Of a DNA stretch of 64,000 bases, positions 63,009 to 64,000 are shown piece by piece (within the stretch, counting starts at the first letter, position 1; every line of letters starts with the position of its first letter). A program made the position numbers and the translations under genes. The stretch comes from Mobula hypostoma (lineage: Eukaryota), in assembly GCF_963921235.1 (NCBI RefSeq), contig NC_086106.1, positions 25,420,001-25,484,000 on the forward strand. The letters run 5' to 3'. The notes beneath the pieces are model-generated. The model searched no databases and had not been told where the DNA came from. It worked only from the letters and a program-made list of their open reading frames with translations.

Positions 63009-64000
63009 CGTACATTAAATCAATTAAACAGATCATGATTTGAAAACGTTACTGCGATATAAGACAGGTGATTAAATTAAGGACTAGCAGTGACTTTCTC
63101 GGAGACTCTGTACTTTCGTTTCGAAGTATTTTCGCCTTTTACTTCTAAAATAGGTCATGAGAATGGACTGACGTTTATTGACTCATTTCTTCTCTTCCTA
63201 TTCTCTCTCTCTCTCTCTCTCTCGCTGTTCCATTCACCCTTTCCCCCTCATTCCAACCGCTATCTTTTTTTTTGTTTCGGCTTTCTACTGTATTTTCCTT
63301 TCTCCTTCACTGTCTGATGTATCTCACTGTCTCATTTCATCTCGCTTACGTCCGCCTCTCTATGTCCTCATCCTATTCGACTCTCTCAGTTTCTCTCTGT
63401 CACTGTCAAGTCCTCTTTCTAATTCTTGCATTCTCTATCCCGCCTTAAGATCTTTCCCACCCACCTCTCCGCAGCACCTTTCCCAGATGCTGAAAACGGC
63501 CCCAGATAAATAAGTAACAATATAAAATTGTGATACGAAGAATTTGTTTCCAGCGGATGATGTTTTGCAATCCTCTCTCACAAAGAGCTGCGGAGGCAGT
63601 GATTTCCTCTAAAACACAGAGATTATGTTTACATCGTCAAGAACTCCAGGATATCTGCAAGCTTCTGTAAAATATAAACAGAGAATTTTGAGGGGTCTCA
63701 GATAGTTTGGTCTTTCTCTGCTCGCCTTTGAGTGTAAACGTGGAACTAGTCCTGGTTACGGCGACAACTACTCCTTATTCAAGTATCCAATGTCCACGTC
63801 TCGCATACTTACAAAACAGAGTAGGGAGATACTGCAACAATGTTTTACGGAAAGGGAAATCCTGACCACAAAGATAAAGGCTACGTCCTCACTAGACCGG
63901 ATAATTTTGAAAACGACAGGCGTCCACACTAGGCGTTTATCAAAATATCTCTGTACACACTAAAACGGATATTTGGGCGATACTACTCCACTGTGCAAGC

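Noticed and set aside
1-64000. D, J or C segments; IgH-like V, TAILV or NAR-TCR V-D-J cassettes
   Set aside because: No FGxG J motif with an RSS, no D flanked by two RSSs and no C exon were seen. All intact Vs have leaders and TCR-like WYIQH/CAM motifs. The visual scan could miss degenerate cases.

Overview
Eukaryotic antigen-receptor locus. The window is a V-segment array of a T-cell receptor alpha/delta-type locus, probably from a cartilaginous fish and possibly a ray; the organism is inferred from the V sequences and repeat content. Almost all V segments lie on the minus strand with a 46-nt leader exon, a ~85-nt intron, a 292-301-nt V exon and a 23-bp-spacer RSS. Four V genes look intact (23401-23823, 33759-34182, 43322-43753, 53811-54242). 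At least 18 V pseudogenes or remnants of several lineages are carried in a ~6-7 kb multi-V cassette that has been tandemly amplified and broken by hAT transposons, CR1/Rex LINE fragments, Penelope-like elements and solo LTRs. No D, J or C segments were found. The most interesting unexplained structure is a set of co-oriented CTCF-like motifs 12-33 bp 3' of most recognisable RSSs, retained even where the V and its heptamer are dead. Other notable items are a 23-to-12 RSS spacer conversion, an unpaired Cys in the CDR2/FR3 region and a 76-bp inverted duplication bracketing one intact V. All calls were made by eye; family labels A-E are mine.
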